From NCBI GenBank assembly GCA_028289445.1, contig JANQPO010000014.1:467944-531943 (forward strand): a DNA stretch of 64,000 nt, given 5' to 3'. The DNA comes from Tepidamorphaceae bacterium. Lineage in GTDB: Bacteria; Pseudomonadota; Alphaproteobacteria; Rhizobiales; JAKSCL01. This document shows positions 8,836 to 19,803 of the stretch, in pieces (the stretch's first letter is position 1; every line of letters begins with the position of its first letter). Made by a program: the position numbers and the translations under genes. The notes beneath the pieces are model-generated. The model ran no database searches. It saw nothing but the letters and a program-made list of their open reading frames with translations, and was not told the DNA's origin.

Positions 8836-10168
8836 GGGGGAGAAGCCCAGCCATCTCCGGGCCTTGATCGCGACCGGTCAAGGCTTGTCGCAGCGGCATG
8901 AACAGACGTCGTCCCTTAGCACCGGTTCGCTCCTTGATCGCGCTTGTCCACGCGGACCAGGTTGCCTCATCCCAGGGCTCTGGCGGCAGGAGATCACTTG
9001 CAGCCGACAACACTTCAGCGCCATCTCGATCGATGACTGGCTCGACAGGGCCAGCGACGACGGCTTGCCAAGCCTCCACGTCGCCGAAGACGTCCAGATT
9101 GCCGTGCACGGCCCTCCAAAAAGCGTTCAGGTCGTCAAGGCCAGCTCCCTCCAGCCGGCCCTCCACCGCAGAAAATGGCAAGTCGTGTAGAAGTTTCGCG
9201 TTGAGGCGCCGAAGGTCCTCCGGATCGAACTTCGCCGGCGCACGTGACACCGATGAAAGATCGAACTCTGCGGCAAGGCTGGCGAGATCGGCATAGGGCG
9301 CGACGGCGTGCGACGTTCCAATCAGCACCGCCAGCGACGCGACGGTTTGCGGCTCAAGGCCAGCCGCGCGTAGAGCCCGAATCGAAAGTGATCCCGTCCG
9401 TTTGGACAGCGCTTCTCCGCTGGCGAGCGTCAAAAGGTTGTGGTGACCGAAGGCCGGCGCTTTGCCGCCAAGTGCCCGAACCAAGTCGATCTGCACGCCG
9501 GTATTGGTCACGTGATCCTCGCCGCGAATGACGTCGGTCACACCCATGTCGAGATCGTCGACGACGGATGGCAGTGTATAGAGATAGGTGCCGTCGGCGC
9601 GGATCAGGACAGGATCGGAGACGGTTGCCAGATCCACGGTTTGCTCGCCCCGACACAGATCGGTCCAGGCGACCTGCGTCGAGCGCGGCTCGAACGGATC
9701 GCCATCGTGATTGGCGAGCAGAAAGCGCCAGTGCGGCGCCCTTCCCTCGGTTTCGAAACCCGCCCTTTCCTCATCGGTCAGCTTCAGGGCCGACCGATCG
9801 TACACGGGCGGGCGTCCCCGCGCCCTTTGGCGCGCCCGTTTGCGGTCGAGTTCGTCCGGTGTCTCATAGGCCGGATAGAGGCGACCGGAGGCCTTTAGCG
9901 CCTCGACCACCTCTGCGTAGCGTGCGAAGCGGTCGGACTGGCGCACCGTCTTGGCCGGCGCGATGCCGAGCCAGGCGATATCCTCCTCAATCGCTGCCGC
10001 GAATTCCGGTGTCGAGCGCAACCGGTCGGTGTCATCGAGACGAAGGATAAAGTCGCCGCCTCGCTTGATCGCATAAAGCGCGTTGAAGAGCGCGGTGCGG
10101 GCGTTGCCGATGTGGATATGGCCCGTCGGCGACGGCGCGAAGCGAACAACGGTTTTGCCTTGGCCCAT
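8786..10168 (-). CDS. gltX: glutamate--tRNA ligase
   Basis: N-terminus [23 protein letters not shown] (HIGH motif) and a KMSKS-equivalent ALSKRTGS. 460 aa. The ATG at 10168 was checked. Confidence 0.93.
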   Translation of the reverse strand: MGQGKTVVRFAPSPTGHIHIGNARTALFNALYAIKRGGDFILRLDDTDRLRSTPEFAAAIEEDIAWLGIAPAKTVRQSDRFARYAEVVEALKASGRLYPAYETPDELDRKRARQRARGRPPVYDRSALKLTDEERAGFETEGRAPHWRFLLANHDGDPFEPRSTQVAWTDLCRGEQTVDLATVSDPVLIRADGTYLYTLPSVVDDLDMGVTDVIRGEDHVTNTGVQIDLVRALGGKAPAFGHHNLLTLASGEALSKRTGSLSIRALRAAGLEPQTVASLAVLIGTSHAVAPYADLASLAAEFDLSSVSRAPAKFDPEDLRRLNAKLLHDLPFSAVEGRLEGAGLDDLNAFWRAVHGNLDVFGDVEAWQAVVAGPVEPVIDRDGAEVLSAASDLLPPEPWDEATWSAWTSAIKERTGAKGRRLFMPLRQALTGRDQGPEMAGLLPLIGREKAACRLAGRAA

Positions 10169-10180
10169 GGTGTTCTCGTC

Positions 10181-11422
10181 TCAAACGGATGCGGGTGCGG
10201 CCAGGCCGCCACTCGTCCGGCGCAAAAGCCTGAGGCTTACGAGCCACAAAATACCCGACGCGGCAACCAGATAGCTCGCCATCACGATCAGCTGGCTGTC
10301 GAACGAGATACCGCGGTCAATCAACGTGCCGAGAACGAACGGCGATCCGGCCGACGACAGCACCATTGCCGACATCATCAAGGCGCGGATCGACCCCAAA
10401 TGCCGCACACCGTAGATCTCTGGCGATAGTGCGCCGAAGACCGTCGATTGCAGTCCGGCGGTGACCCCAATGAAGGCCATGCACAGCACCATGGCAATCG
10501 GCTCGGTTCCCGTGCCCAGAATGAACGCGCCAATCCCCATGGGCAGGAGCGTCAATGGCAGGATGCGCTGGGCGCTCCACCGGTCGATTGCCCAGCCTGT
10601 GGCGAAGGCGGTCCCGACCGAGATCGCGGCATAGAGCGGAAAGGAATCCGCAAACACCGAAATGCTCCAACCTTTGACATCCACCAGATGAACGGCGTGA
10701 AAAAAGATGCCCGTACCGATGAAGGACGGCGCCAGAAACCCGAGCATGAGCGCATAAAAGAGTGGATCGCGCAGCACTTCCGGCCGCGTCCATTGGCGCT
10801 GTTCGAGTGCTGCACGGCCCTTCTCGTCGTCGACGCTTGCCTGCGGCGTTCGGTTGGCCCGCAGCAGCGTGAATAGGACCGGGGCGGCGAAGAGAATGAG
10901 GACGCCGGCAGCGCACAGCCACACATTGCGCCAGCCGAGCGCGACGATAAGCGCGACGGTTAGCGTCGGGAGCATCGCTTCCGAGGTCGGGAAGCCGAAG
11001 CCTGAAATCGCCAGCGCCTTGCCCCGCCGCGCCACGAACCACCGACCCATCGCCGTCTGCGAAACATGGGTCATCATGCCTTGGCCGAACAGGCGCAGCA
11101 CGAAGATGACCGCAAGGAGCATGATCGGCCCTGTGACGAACGCCATGCCAAGCGCTGCGGTCGCCAACATCACTGACACGAAGACGGCGACTAGACCCAG
11201 ATTGTCGCGATCGGCGAGCTTGCCGACCCAGATCAGCACAATGGCGCTGGCCAGCGTCGCCAATCCATAGATCGTGCCGAACTCGCCATGGCTCAAGCCG
11301 AGCTCGGCGCGAATTTCGCCGCCGAAGAGCGCAATGAAATATGTCTGACCGAACGCCGACATGAACGTCAGAAGGAAGCCGGCCGAAAGCCAGCGGGCGT
11401 TTTCGATCAGAAAGCGTGCCAA
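10181..11422 (-). CDS. MFS transporter
   Basis: About 12 predicted TM segments and an MFS-like loop motif (GKLADRDN). The start codon at 11422 is TTG, 4 nt after the nadE stop. The next in-frame ATG would remove TM1. Confidence 0.8.
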   Translation of the reverse strand: MARFLIENARWLSAGFLLTFMSAFGQTYFIALFGGEIRAELGLSHGEFGTIYGLATLASAIVLIWVGKLADRDNLGLVAVFVSVMLATAALGMAFVTGPIMLLAVIFVLRLFGQGMMTHVSQTAMGRWFVARRGKALAISGFGFPTSEAMLPTLTVALIVALGWRNVWLCAAGVLILFAAPVLFTLLRANRTPQASVDDEKGRAALEQRQWTRPEVLRDPLFYALMLGFLAPSFIGTGIFFHAVHLVDVKGWSISVFADSFPLYAAISVGTAFATGWAIDRWSAQRILPLTLLPMGIGAFILGTGTEPIAMVLCMAFIGVTAGLQSTVFGALSPEIYGVRHLGSIRALMMSAMVLSSAGSPFVLGTLIDRGISFDSQLIVMASYLVAASGILWLVSLRLLRRTSGGLAAPASV

Positions 11423-11425
11423 GGC

Positions 11426-13099
11426 TCACACTCGGTCGCGGAAGCGATTGGTGATCGGATAGCGCCGGTCGCGACCAAAATTGCGACGGGTGAGCTTGAC
11501 GCCCGGCGCCGCCTGCCGGCGCTTGTACTCGGCAATGTAAAGCAGGTGTTCGATGCGCTCGACCGTGGCACGGTCGTGGCCGCGTGCCGCAATGATATCG
11601 ATCGCCTCCTCGTCTTCGACCAAACCGCGCAGCATGTCGTCAAGCGCGTCATAGGGCGGCAAGGAATCCTGATCGGTTTGGTCCGGACGCAACTCCGCTG
11701 ACGGTGCCTTGGTCAAAATGTTGGCCGGGATCACCTCGCCTTCCGGGCCGAGACAGCCGGCGGGTCGGTTCTCGTTGCGCCATGCGGCAAGATTGTAGAC
11801 CTCGGTCTTATAAAGGTCCTTGATCGGGTTGAAACCGCCGTTCATGTCGCCATAGAGCGTGGCGTAGCCGACGGACATTTCCGACTTGTTGCCGGTGGTG
11901 ACGACCATCGCACCGAACTTGTTGGAAATCGCCATCAGGATCGTGCCGCGCGCCCGCGATTGGATGTTCTCCTCCGTCACGCCCTCATTGGTGCCGGCGA
12001 ACATATCGGCGAGCGCCGCGCCAAAGCCGTCGACCGGCACTTCGATGGGTACCGTGTCGTAGCGCACGCCCAGCGCCTTGGCGCACGCTTCGGCATCACG
12101 CAAAGAGTCGTCCGACGTGTAGCGGTAGGGCAGCATCACGCAGTGGACATGGTCGGGACCGAGCGCGTCGACAGCGATCGCGGCGCAGATCGCAGAGTCG
12201 ATCCCGCCCGACAGGCCCAGCACAACGCCTGGAAAGCCATTCTTCTCGACATAATCGCGCAAGCCCAACACGCAGGCGCTATAATCGGCCTCGTCGCCCC
12301 CCGGCAGTGCCACAACGGGCCCGTCGGTCGCCCGCCATATCTCATCGTCGCCCTTCTCCCAGGTTGTGACGGTGACGCACTCCTCGAAAGCGGGCATTTG
12401 ATAGGCCAGCGACCGGTCAGCGTTGAGGCCGAACGATCCGCCGTCGAACACCAACTCGTCCTGACCGCAGATTTGATTGAGATAGACAAGCGGTAGCCCG
12501 GTCTCAGTCACCCTGGCGACGACCACATTGAGCCGCTCCTCGGCCTTGTTATGCCAGTAGGGCGAGCCGTTCGGCACGATCAGGAGTTCAGCGCCCGTTT
12601 CAGCGAGACATTCCGGCACGTCGGGCTCCCAGATGTCTTCGCATATCGGCAATCCGACCCGCACGCCGCGCAGGTTCACCGGTCCCGGCATCGGCCCCGG
12701 TTGAAACACGCGCTTTTCGTCGAAGACGCCATAGTTCGGCAGCTCCACCTTAAAGCACACGGTTTCGATTCGGCCCGCATCGAGTACCGCATAAGCGTTG
12801 TAGAGCGCTTCGTCCTCAGCCCAGGGAACGCCGACGAGGATCGCCGGGCCGCCATCTGCCGTGTCTTGTGCCAGCGCTTCGACAGCCTCGCGGCACCGCG
12901 CCTGGAAGGCCGGTTTCAGTACGAGGTCTTCGGGCGGATAACCGGAGAGGAAAAGCTCCGTGAAGGCGACGATATCGGCGCCCTCGCCGGCCGCCTTTTG
13001 GCGCGCCGCGCGGACTTTGTCGCGATTGCCGGCGATGTCGCCCATCACCGGATTGAGCTGAGCAATCGCGATCTTGAGAATCCGTCGGTTGTCGGTCAT
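11426..13099 (-). CDS. nadE: glutamine-dependent NAD+ synthetase (nitrilase-like domain fused to NAD synthetase domain)
   Basis: 557 aa. It has an N-terminal CN-hydrolase domain (FTELFLSGYPPEDL, ICEDIW) and a C-terminal ATP-pyrophosphatase signature (LGLSGGIDSA). Confidence 0.93.
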   Translation of the reverse strand: MTDNRRILKIAIAQLNPVMGDIAGNRDKVRAARQKAAGEGADIVAFTELFLSGYPPEDLVLKPAFQARCREAVEALAQDTADGGPAILVGVPWAEDEALYNAYAVLDAGRIETVCFKVELPNYGVFDEKRVFQPGPMPGPVNLRGVRVGLPICEDIWEPDVPECLAETGAELLIVPNGSPYWHNKAEERLNVVVARVTETGLPLVYLNQICGQDELVFDGGSFGLNADRSLAYQMPAFEECVTVTTWEKGDDEIWRATDGPVVALPGGDEADYSACVLGLRDYVEKNGFPGVVLGLSGGIDSAICAAIAVDALGPDHVHCVMLPYRYTSDDSLRDAEACAKALGVRYDTVPIEVPVDGFGAALADMFAGTNEGVTEENIQSRARGTILMAISNKFGAMVVTTGNKSEMSVGYATLYGDMNGGFNPIKDLYKTEVYNLAAWRNENRPAGCLGPEGEVIPANILTKAPSAELRPDQTDQDSLPPYDALDDMLRGLVEDEEAIDIIAARGHDRATVERIEHLLYIAEYKRRQAAPGVKLTRRNFGRDRRYPITNRFRDRV

Positions 13100-13184
13100 C
13101 GGCTCTCTTTAGAGCCTTGAGTGAAGAGATGGAACCACTCTGCTGGCGATCGGATTGTCGCTAGACGTGGTTTCGGCCAACGCG

Positions 13185-13970
13185 TCAGCCGAAGGCGAAA
13201 GCGTCCATCATCATCGCACCATACTGATGCGACGCGTGGACATGGCGCGCAGGCGCGGACTCGCCGGCGGCACCAAGGGCTGTGAAGAGCGGCAGAAAGT
13301 GCTCTTCGGTTGGATGATTTTCGACTGCAAACGGTGCGCGATCGCGGTAATGGATCAAATCGTCGCGCGCGCCGGTCGTGATCCGCTCCGTCGTCCAATC
13401 GGCGAAGTCCTTGACCCAGGTTTCGAGCGGCGCGTCTTCCTGGGCGATATTCTGAAACACGGCGCTCAAATTGTGCGTGAAGGCGCCCGATCCGACAATG
13501 AGAACGCCCTCGTCGCGAAGCTGCGCCAGCGCGGCGCCGAGCGCCATGTGATGGGCCGAGCCGGCATTCGGCTGCACAGAGATCTGGACGACGGGCACAT
13601 CGGCATCGGGATAAAGCAGCGCCAGCGGCAACCAGGCGCCGTGATCATAGCCCCGGCGGTCGACGGTCTCGACGCCGAGGCCGGCGTCGCCGATCAAAGA
13701 TGCGACCTTCTCCGCCAGTTTCGGTGCGCCGGGCGCCGGATAGACGACTTCGCGCAGTTCCGGCTCGAAGCCGCCGAAATCGTAAATCATCTCGGGGTGC
13801 GGATCGGTCACCACGGTCGGCATGTCGGTCTCGAAATGCGCCGAATTGACGACGATTGCTTCCGGTCGGCCGATCAGCCGCCCGTAGCCGGCCAGGAATG
13901 CGCGCGCATCGCTGTTGTGGAGAATCAGGTTCGGCGCGCCATGCGACACAAAAAGCGAGGGAAAAGGCAT
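13185..13970 (-). CDS. class III extradiol ring-cleavage dioxygenase (DODA/YgiD-like)
   Basis: 261 aa. The N-terminus MPFPSLFVSHGAPNL and the HF/HxxH metal-ligand spacing are typical of 4,5-DOPA dioxygenase extradiol-like proteins. Confidence 0.8.
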   Translation of the reverse strand: MPFPSLFVSHGAPNLILHNSDARAFLAGYGRLIGRPEAIVVNSAHFETDMPTVVTDPHPEMIYDFGGFEPELREVVYPAPGAPKLAEKVASLIGDAGLGVETVDRRGYDHGAWLPLALLYPDADVPVVQISVQPNAGSAHHMALGAALAQLRDEGVLIVGSGAFTHNLSAVFQNIAQEDAPLETWVKDFADWTTERITTGARDDLIHYRDRAPFAVENHPTEEHFLPLFTALGAAGESAPARHVHASHQYGAMMMDAFAFG

Positions 13971-14060
13971 GAAACGGACCCTTTGCCGTGTGGGACTTCG
14001 CGACTAAAGCATGTCGCCAAGCTGCGTCGTTGCGACAAGACCAATATCGGCGGCAGTGTG

Positions 14061-14462
14061 TCAGTCGCTGTGCTCGAAGACCGGTAGGCCGTCATTCGTG
14101 GTGTAGTAGTCGCCCTTTTCGGCGACGTAGATGTGGCGCACCATCTGCAGCTCGGTGGGTGTATCGAGCGCTCCGGCCATGACGGAGATTTTCTCCGAAC
14201 CCTCCGCTTCCCAAAACAGGAGCGACCCGCAAACACTGCAGAATCCACGTCGCGCCTCATCGGTCGCCCACCACCAATGGATCGCATCTTCGCCGGCATT
14301 GATTGTAAGTCCGTTCTTACGAAGACGCGTAGCAGCGACGATATGACCCGATTGACGGCGACAACTTTCGCAATGACAGGCTACAATATCGTCGATATGG
14401 CCCGATAACGTGAACCGAACCGTGCGACAGGCGCATGCGCCCGTGATCGTCTTCTCGGCCAT
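14061..14462 (-). CDS. GFA family protein (second paralog)
   Basis: Cys pattern GACACRTVRF...CHCESCRRQSG...GFCSVCGSLLF. It starts 10 nt downstream of the DAHP synthase stop. Confidence 0.85.
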   Translation of the reverse strand: MAEKTITGACACRTVRFTLSGHIDDIVACHCESCRRQSGHIVAATRLRKNGLTINAGEDAIHWWWATDEARRGFCSVCGSLLFWEAEGSEKISVMAGALDTPTELQMVRHIYVAEKGDYYTTNDGLPVFEHSD

Positions 14463-14472
14463 ATCGGGGCGC

Positions 14473-15867
14473 TTAGAAGCCGACAGCCGCGGAGATCGGA
14501 TGAGCCGTGAGCCCGCGCGCTTCGCGATCCGCCTTGATCCGTTCGGCGATCAGAAATGCCAGTTCCAGCGCTTGATCCGCATTCAGTCGCGGGTCGCAGT
14601 GGGTGTGGTATCTGTCCGACAAATCCGTCTCCGAAATGGCCTTGGCGCCGCCGGTGCATTCGGTAACGTTCTTGCCCGTCATTTCGACATGAATGCCGCC
14701 GGCATGGGTGCCTTCGGCGGCGTGAACGTCGAAAAACGCCGTGACCTCCGACAGAATGCGGTCGAACGGCCGGGTTTTATAGCCGCTCGCGGCCTTGATC
14801 GTGTTGCCGTGCATGGGATCGCACGACCAAACGACATGGCGCCCCTCGGCTTTCACCTTGCGCACCAGCGCAGGCAAGCCCTCGCCGACCTTGTCCGACC
14901 CGAACCGGGCGATAAGGGTCAACCGGCCTGCTTCGTTTTGCGGATTGAGGATGTCGATCAGGCGGATCAGTTCGTCGGGATCGAGCGACGGCCCGCATTT
15001 CAAGCCGATCGGATTCTTCACGCCTCGGCAGAATTCGATATGTGCATGATCCGGCTGGCGGGTCCGGTCGCCAATCCAGATCATGTGACCGGAGGTCGCG
15101 TACCAGTCGCCCGACGTGGAGTCGACGCGAGTCAGCGCCTGTTCGAAATCGAGAAGCAACGCTTCATGGCTGGTGAAGAATTCTGTTTGACCAAGCGCCG
15201 GCACAGAGTCCGCATCCAGACCGCAGGCCCGCATGAAGGCCAGGGTCTCGGTGATCCGGTCCGCCAGTTCCTGATAACGATGGCCCTGGGGTGAATCCTT
15301 CAAGAACCCGACGGTCCACTGGTGGACATGGTCGAGCTTGGCATAGCCGCCATGGGCGAAGGCGCGCAGCAGATTCAAAGTGGCTGCCGCCTGACGGTAG
15401 GCCATGATCATGCGTTCTGGATCGGGCTCGCGCGCCTCGCCGGTGAAATCGATGCCGTTAATGATGTCGCCGCGATAGCTCGGCAACTGAACATCGTCGA
15501 TAATTTCGGTGTCCGACGACCGCGGCTTGGCGAATTGGCCCGCGATGCGGCCGACTTTGACCACCGGCGACGATGCCGCATAAGTCAAAACCACGGCCAT
15601 CTGCAGGAAAACGCGGAAGAAATCGCGGATGTTATCGGCGCCGTGCTCGGCGAAGCTCTCGGCGCAGTCCCCCCCTTGAAGCAAGAACGCCTCGCCATCG
15701 GAAACCTTGGCCAGCCCGGCCTTTAGCGCCCGCGCCTCGCCCGCGAATACCAGCGGCGGAAAGGACGCCAGCCGCGCCTGGACACGATCATGGGACACGG
15801 TGTCCTCGTAAGCGGGGACCTGCACGATCGGCTTATCGCGCCAACTTGCCGGGCTCCAGTCGGTCAT
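14473..15867 (-). CDS. class II 3-deoxy-7-phosphoheptulonate (DAHP) synthase
   Basis: 464 aa from the ATG at 15867 ([22 protein letters not shown]), preceded by AGGAG. Length and conserved blocks (KPRSS, HGNT) fit plant-like class II DAHPS. The 79-codon extension in the track ORF is Arg/Ser-rich junk. Confidence 0.9.
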   Translation of the reverse strand: MTDWSPASWRDKPIVQVPAYEDTVSHDRVQARLASFPPLVFAGEARALKAGLAKVSDGEAFLLQGGDCAESFAEHGADNIRDFFRVFLQMAVVLTYAASSPVVKVGRIAGQFAKPRSSDTEIIDDVQLPSYRGDIINGIDFTGEAREPDPERMIMAYRQAAATLNLLRAFAHGGYAKLDHVHQWTVGFLKDSPQGHRYQELADRITETLAFMRACGLDADSVPALGQTEFFTSHEALLLDFEQALTRVDSTSGDWYATSGHMIWIGDRTRQPDHAHIEFCRGVKNPIGLKCGPSLDPDELIRLIDILNPQNEAGRLTLIARFGSDKVGEGLPALVRKVKAEGRHVVWSCDPMHGNTIKAASGYKTRPFDRILSEVTAFFDVHAAEGTHAGGIHVEMTGKNVTECTGGAKAISETDLSDRYHTHCDPRLNADQALELAFLIAERIKADREARGLTAHPISAAVGF

Positions 15868-15994
15868 CGCACTTACTCCTGACAGACGCGGAAGGGGATC
15901 CGTGCCCCGAATTCCGTCGTTCGACTTGCGAGAAATCGCCGCACACCTAACCGACGGGCGTACGGTTGGCAATGGTTGTGCGAGGTTGAGCAGG

Positions 15995-17050
15995 TCAGGC
16001 GGGCGTCCCGAATTCTTCGGCGATGCGGTCGATTTCCTTGCGCGCCGCGCGAGCGATCTTACCGCCCTTGTCGGCGCGATTGAACAGCTCACCAATGACG
16101 ACAATGTTCTCGTCGTTCGAGCGGTTGGCGGGCTTGGTGTAGTTGAAGCTGCCGAACACGGCCAGTTTGTCGTCGATGACCATGAGCTTATGGTGCAGCT
16201 TGCCGAGCGCGCCCCTTCCGCCGGCCAGTTTCAGCTTGATCCCGGCCTTCTTCAGCGAGTCTTTTGCCGCCCAATCCTGGTTCCCCTGGCGCCTATCGAG
16301 CACGCCGGTGATCTTCACGCCGCGCTTATGCGCCGAGATCAGCGCGTCGTCGATGCCCGACGACTTCGCAAAAGTGAAAACGGCGAAATCGATGCGCTTT
16401 TGCGCCTTCAAGATCTGCTTCATGATCTCCATTTCGGGGCCGTGATCAGGCGCAAAAAGTGGCTTCACCCGGGTTTCGGAGACAATCGCTTCCTTCGGTG
16501 TTTCCTCCCGGTCGACGCTCCTTTTGCCGAACCGGCCATGCTTGATCTCGTTGAACTCATCCTTAAAGGCGGTCGCGACGCCACGGTTATGGATCTCCAC
16601 CACGTGGTTTAGGTTCTTGGTCACGCCCGTCGTCGTGAAGTTTGTTGATCCGGTCAACACGGAGTTCCCAAGCACCATGAACTTCTGGTGGAAGATGCTC
16701 GGATTGAAGTCCATTTTCACGTCGGCGGTCGACCGCAGGATCGCGTTGAACAGGAACCGATTGACCTCGTGGGCACCGCCCGGTTGCAGCGCTTCCATCA
16801 GATCGTCGGGGCGTGATTTGCCGAGCAGATAGCTTTGCTCGACCACCAGATCGACGTTCACGCCGCGCAGCCGCGCGCGGATGATCGCCTCGGCAATCTC
16901 CTGATTATCGATCTCCTGGACCGCGATCATCAGGTTCTGCCGCCTTCGCGCGCCATCGATGAACGCGACGATTGGCGCGATTAAAGAGTCCGGACCACCT
17001 TGTTCGGTCGGCCCAAGATAGACTTCGATATCACCCGCACGGATCGGCAT
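15995..17050 (-). CDS. phospholipase D-like (two-HKD) domain protein, cytoplasmic
   Basis: Two PLD-superfamily motifs are present. The first is [20 protein letters not shown], where the Asp of HxKxxxxD is replaced by Gly. The second is [21 protein letters not shown], which is canonical. There is no signal peptide or TM segment. 351 aa. Confidence 0.8.
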   Translation of the reverse strand: MPIRAGDIEVYLGPTEQGGPDSLIAPIVAFIDGARRRQNLMIAVQEIDNQEIAEAIIRARLRGVNVDLVVEQSYLLGKSRPDDLMEALQPGGAHEVNRFLFNAILRSTADVKMDFNPSIFHQKFMVLGNSVLTGSTNFTTTGVTKNLNHVVEIHNRGVATAFKDEFNEIKHGRFGKRSVDREETPKEAIVSETRVKPLFAPDHGPEMEIMKQILKAQKRIDFAVFTFAKSSGIDDALISAHKRGVKITGVLDRRQGNQDWAAKDSLKKAGIKLKLAGGRGALGKLHHKLMVIDDKLAVFGSFNYTKPANRSNDENIVVIGELFNRADKGGKIARAARKEIDRIAEEFGTPA

Positions 17051-17291
17051 GTTTCGTCCCTCACCTTCTTGGCGCCCCGAATGGAGTATGCGCGCATTGC
17101 GTCATCTTGCCAAAACAATGCAACGCGAGACTGTTATTTGGATCACCCATCCATTGCCTCAAACGCGCGCATGACCGTCTTACCAAGTCAGCAAGGCACT
17201 TGCATTGTCGTCATCTATTCGCCCGTGACAAACGCAGGATTTCCCGCCATTGTCCTCGCCACCATCGAGCACCAACAGACGGGAAAATGCG

Positions 17292-18578
17292 ATGAGCACT
17301 GAAAAACCGCTTGGATTCGAGACCCTTGCCGTTCACGCCGGCGCCCAGCCGGACCCGACGACGGGCGCAAGGGCCACGCCGATTTATCAGACGACCTCTT
17401 TTGTCTTCGACGACGTCGACCACGCAGCTTCGCTGTTTGGTCTTCAGGCTTTCGGCAACATCTACACGCGGATCATGAACCCGACCCAGGCGGTGCTGGA
17501 GGAGCGCATTGCGGCACTTGAGGGCGGCACGGCGGCGCTTGCGGTTGCATCCGGCCACGCCGCGCAGCTCATCGTCTTCCACGCTCTCATGTCGCCCGGC
17601 AAGAACATCGTTGCCGGCCGCGAACTTTATGGCGGTTCCATCAATCAGATGAACCACTCGTTCAAGAACTTCGGCTGGGAGGTGAAGTGGGCCAGCCAGG
17701 ACGATGTCTCGTCGTTCGAAAACGCGATCGACGACAACACACGCGCGATCTTCATCGAGTCGCTCGCCAACCCTGGCGGTATCGTCAACGACATCGAAGC
17801 CATTGCGGCGATTGCCAAGGCGAAAGGCGTTCCTCTCATCGTCGACAATACGATGGCAACCCCCTATCTCACGCGACCGATCGACCATGGCGCCGATATC
17901 ATCGTCCATTCGTTGACCAAATTCATCGGCGGACACGGCAACTCCATGGGCGGCATCATCGTCGATGCTGGCTCGTTCGACTGGTCGGCGAGCGACCGCT
18001 ATCCGATGCTGTCGGAGCCACGACCTGAATATGGCGGCATGAAGCTGCATGAGACGTTCGGCAATTTCTCGTTCGCCATTGCCTGCCGCGTTCTGGGCCT
18101 GCGCGACCTGGGCCCGGCGCTCTCGCCAATGAACGCCTTTATGATCCTCACCGGCTGCGAGACGCTTCCCTTGCGCATGCAGCGCCACTGCGACAACGCT
18201 CTGACCGTCGCCAAATGGCTGCAGGAGCAAGACGAAGTGGCGTGGGTGTCCTATGCGGGCTTGCCGGGCGACCGGTGCCACAATCTGGCGAAGAAATACT
18301 GCCCCAAGGGTGCCGGCGCGGTGTTCACGTTCGGTCTCAAGGGCGGTTACGACGCCGGCGTTGCGCTTGTGTCGAATGTCACGATGTTCTCGCATCTGGC
18401 GAATATCGGTGACACGCGGTCATTGATCATCCACCCGGCATCGACCACGCACCGGCAGCTGAGCGACGAGCAAAAGACGGCGGCTGGTGCCGGTCCAGAC
18501 GTCGTTCGCCTGTCGATTGGCATCGAGAATGCCGACGACATCATCGCCGACCTCGACCGGGCCTTGAAGGCCGCCTAG
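17292..18578 (+). CDS. metY: O-acetylhomoserine aminocarboxypropyltransferase (sulfhydrylase), PLP-dependent
   Basis: ATG at 17292 (MSTEKPLGFETLAVHAG). It has the Cys/Met-metabolism PLP fold with SLTKFIGGHG (Lys-PLP site). Confidence 0.92.
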   Translation: MSTEKPLGFETLAVHAGAQPDPTTGARATPIYQTTSFVFDDVDHAASLFGLQAFGNIYTRIMNPTQAVLEERIAALEGGTAALAVASGHAAQLIVFHALMSPGKNIVAGRELYGGSINQMNHSFKNFGWEVKWASQDDVSSFENAIDDNTRAIFIESLANPGGIVNDIEAIAAIAKAKGVPLIVDNTMATPYLTRPIDHGADIIVHSLTKFIGGHGNSMGGIIVDAGSFDWSASDRYPMLSEPRPEYGGMKLHETFGNFSFAIACRVLGLRDLGPALSPMNAFMILTGCETLPLRMQRHCDNALTVAKWLQEQDEVAWVSYAGLPGDRCHNLAKKYCPKGAGAVFTFGLKGGYDAGVALVSNVTMFSHLANIGDTRSLIIHPASTTHRQLSDEQKTAAGAGPDVVRLSIGIENADDIIADLDRALKAA

Positions 18579-18617
18579 CGCGCTTGAACGCGGCCGCGCG
18601 CTCCGGCGCGCGGTCGC

Positions 18618-19712
18618 CTAAGGCGCTGAGCCAAGCCCACGCTGGTTGGCATCGGCGTGGAGCACCGCCAGAACCAGGATCGCGAATGCCAAGCCCTGGT
18701 GCAGCAGTGCCAGGTCGATGCGCACCATCGACAACAACGTCGCGACGCCCAGAACCGCTTGTCCGACGATCGCAGCCGACAACACGATTACCCGCCGGCG
18801 CGCCGCGCGATCACGGATCGCAAGCGCTTGCGCGATATGGAAAAGCGCAAGCAAAATAATCCCGTAAGCCAGCATTCTGTGATTGAACTGGACCGTGAGA
18901 ACGTTCTCAAAGAGATTGAGAAACCACGGGGTCTGGAACAGAAGACCGTCCGGAATGAAGGCACCATCCATTAGCGGCCAGGTCACATAGGTCAGCCCGG
19001 CATCAAGGCCGGCGACCAAGGCGCCCAGCAGAATTTGCAGGAAGAGTGCGACGACAAGGATCATCGAAACGACGCGGAACGCAGCGGGACTGTGGACGCC
19101 GTGCACGCGATCGCGCGCCAGCCCCACGTCACGCACCACCCAGACCAGCGCCCCAAGAATGACTGCAGCCAGGCCCAGGTGCAGAGCCAATCTGTACTGA
19201 CTGACGTCCACGCGTTCCGTCAGGCCCGACGACACCATGTACCAACCGACAAAGCCCTGAAGGCCACCGAGCGCAAGCAGCGCGATGCCCTGTTTCTTCA
19301 GGCGTGGGGTCAGCCAGCCCCGCGCCCAAAATAGCGCGAACGGGACAAAAAACGCCAAGCCGATGAGTCGCCCCAGGAACCGGTGCCCCCACTCCCACCA
19401 ATAGATGACCTTGAAGGCCTCAAGGCTCATGCCCTTGTTGACGAGTTGGTATTCGGGGATCTGCCGGTACTTCTCGAACTCCGCCTCCCAGGTCTCTGCC
19501 GAAAGCGGCGGAATGGCGCCCGTGATCGGCTTCCACTCGGTAATCGACAAGCCGGAATCGGTCAGCCGGGTCGCGCCGCCCACAAGCACCATGGCGAGCA
19601 CCAGTGCAGCGACGCTCAAAAGCCACAAGCGGATCAGGACGATGCGCCGCGTCTTTGCCGGCGACGCGACTTCGCCCTTGCCGGCGGGCGTGTCCAATGC
19701 CATGTCGGTCAT
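18618..19712 (-). CDS. ctaA: heme A synthase (COX15/CtaA family)
   Basis: 364 aa, polytopic, with conserved His-containing helices (WGHRFLGR, QFNHRMLAY). Confidence 0.9.
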   Translation of the reverse strand: MTDMALDTPAGKGEVASPAKTRRIVLIRLWLLSVAALVLAMVLVGGATRLTDSGLSITEWKPITGAIPPLSAETWEAEFEKYRQIPEYQLVNKGMSLEAFKVIYWWEWGHRFLGRLIGLAFFVPFALFWARGWLTPRLKKQGIALLALGGLQGFVGWYMVSSGLTERVDVSQYRLALHLGLAAVILGALVWVVRDVGLARDRVHGVHSPAAFRVVSMILVVALFLQILLGALVAGLDAGLTYVTWPLMDGAFIPDGLLFQTPWFLNLFENVLTVQFNHRMLAYGIILLALFHIAQALAIRDRAARRRVIVLSAAIVGQAVLGVATLLSMVRIDLALLHQGLAFAILVLAVLHADANQRGLGSAP

Positions 19713-19803
19713 GCGATCTCGCTTCAGTCCTGCCGGTCACTTAAGCCGATGACAGCGAACGGGACAAGGTGAACGCCATGATGAAGGAGACACACGGGCC
19801 ATC

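Noticed and set aside
15868-16104. N-terminal extensions of track ORFs: DAHP synthase to 16104, glyA to 45674, the HIBCH-like hydrolase to 50713, ribD to 43646, the deacetylase to 22371, the LOG protein from 184 and the MFS to 39960.
   Set aside because: The extensions are Arg/Ser/Pro-rich, overlap neighbouring genes and precede internal ATG or GTG codons that have Shine-Dalgarno sequences. Family homology begins at those internal codons.
15995-17050. The PLD-family gene as part of a multi-gene anti-phage defence system.
   Set aside because: No neighbouring helicase, methyltransferase, ATPase, TIR/SIR2 or toxin-like genes are present. Its neighbours are metY and aromatic or GFA metabolism genes. 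I kept it only as a single-gene curiosity.
17051-17291. Possible SAM-II (or other SAM) riboswitch in the 240-nt region upstream of metY.
   Set aside because: I could not find the conserved SAM-II elements (GAUUU…GCUU…AAAGCU pseudoknot strands) or any other recognisable SAM aptamer by eye. An Infernal scan would be decisive.
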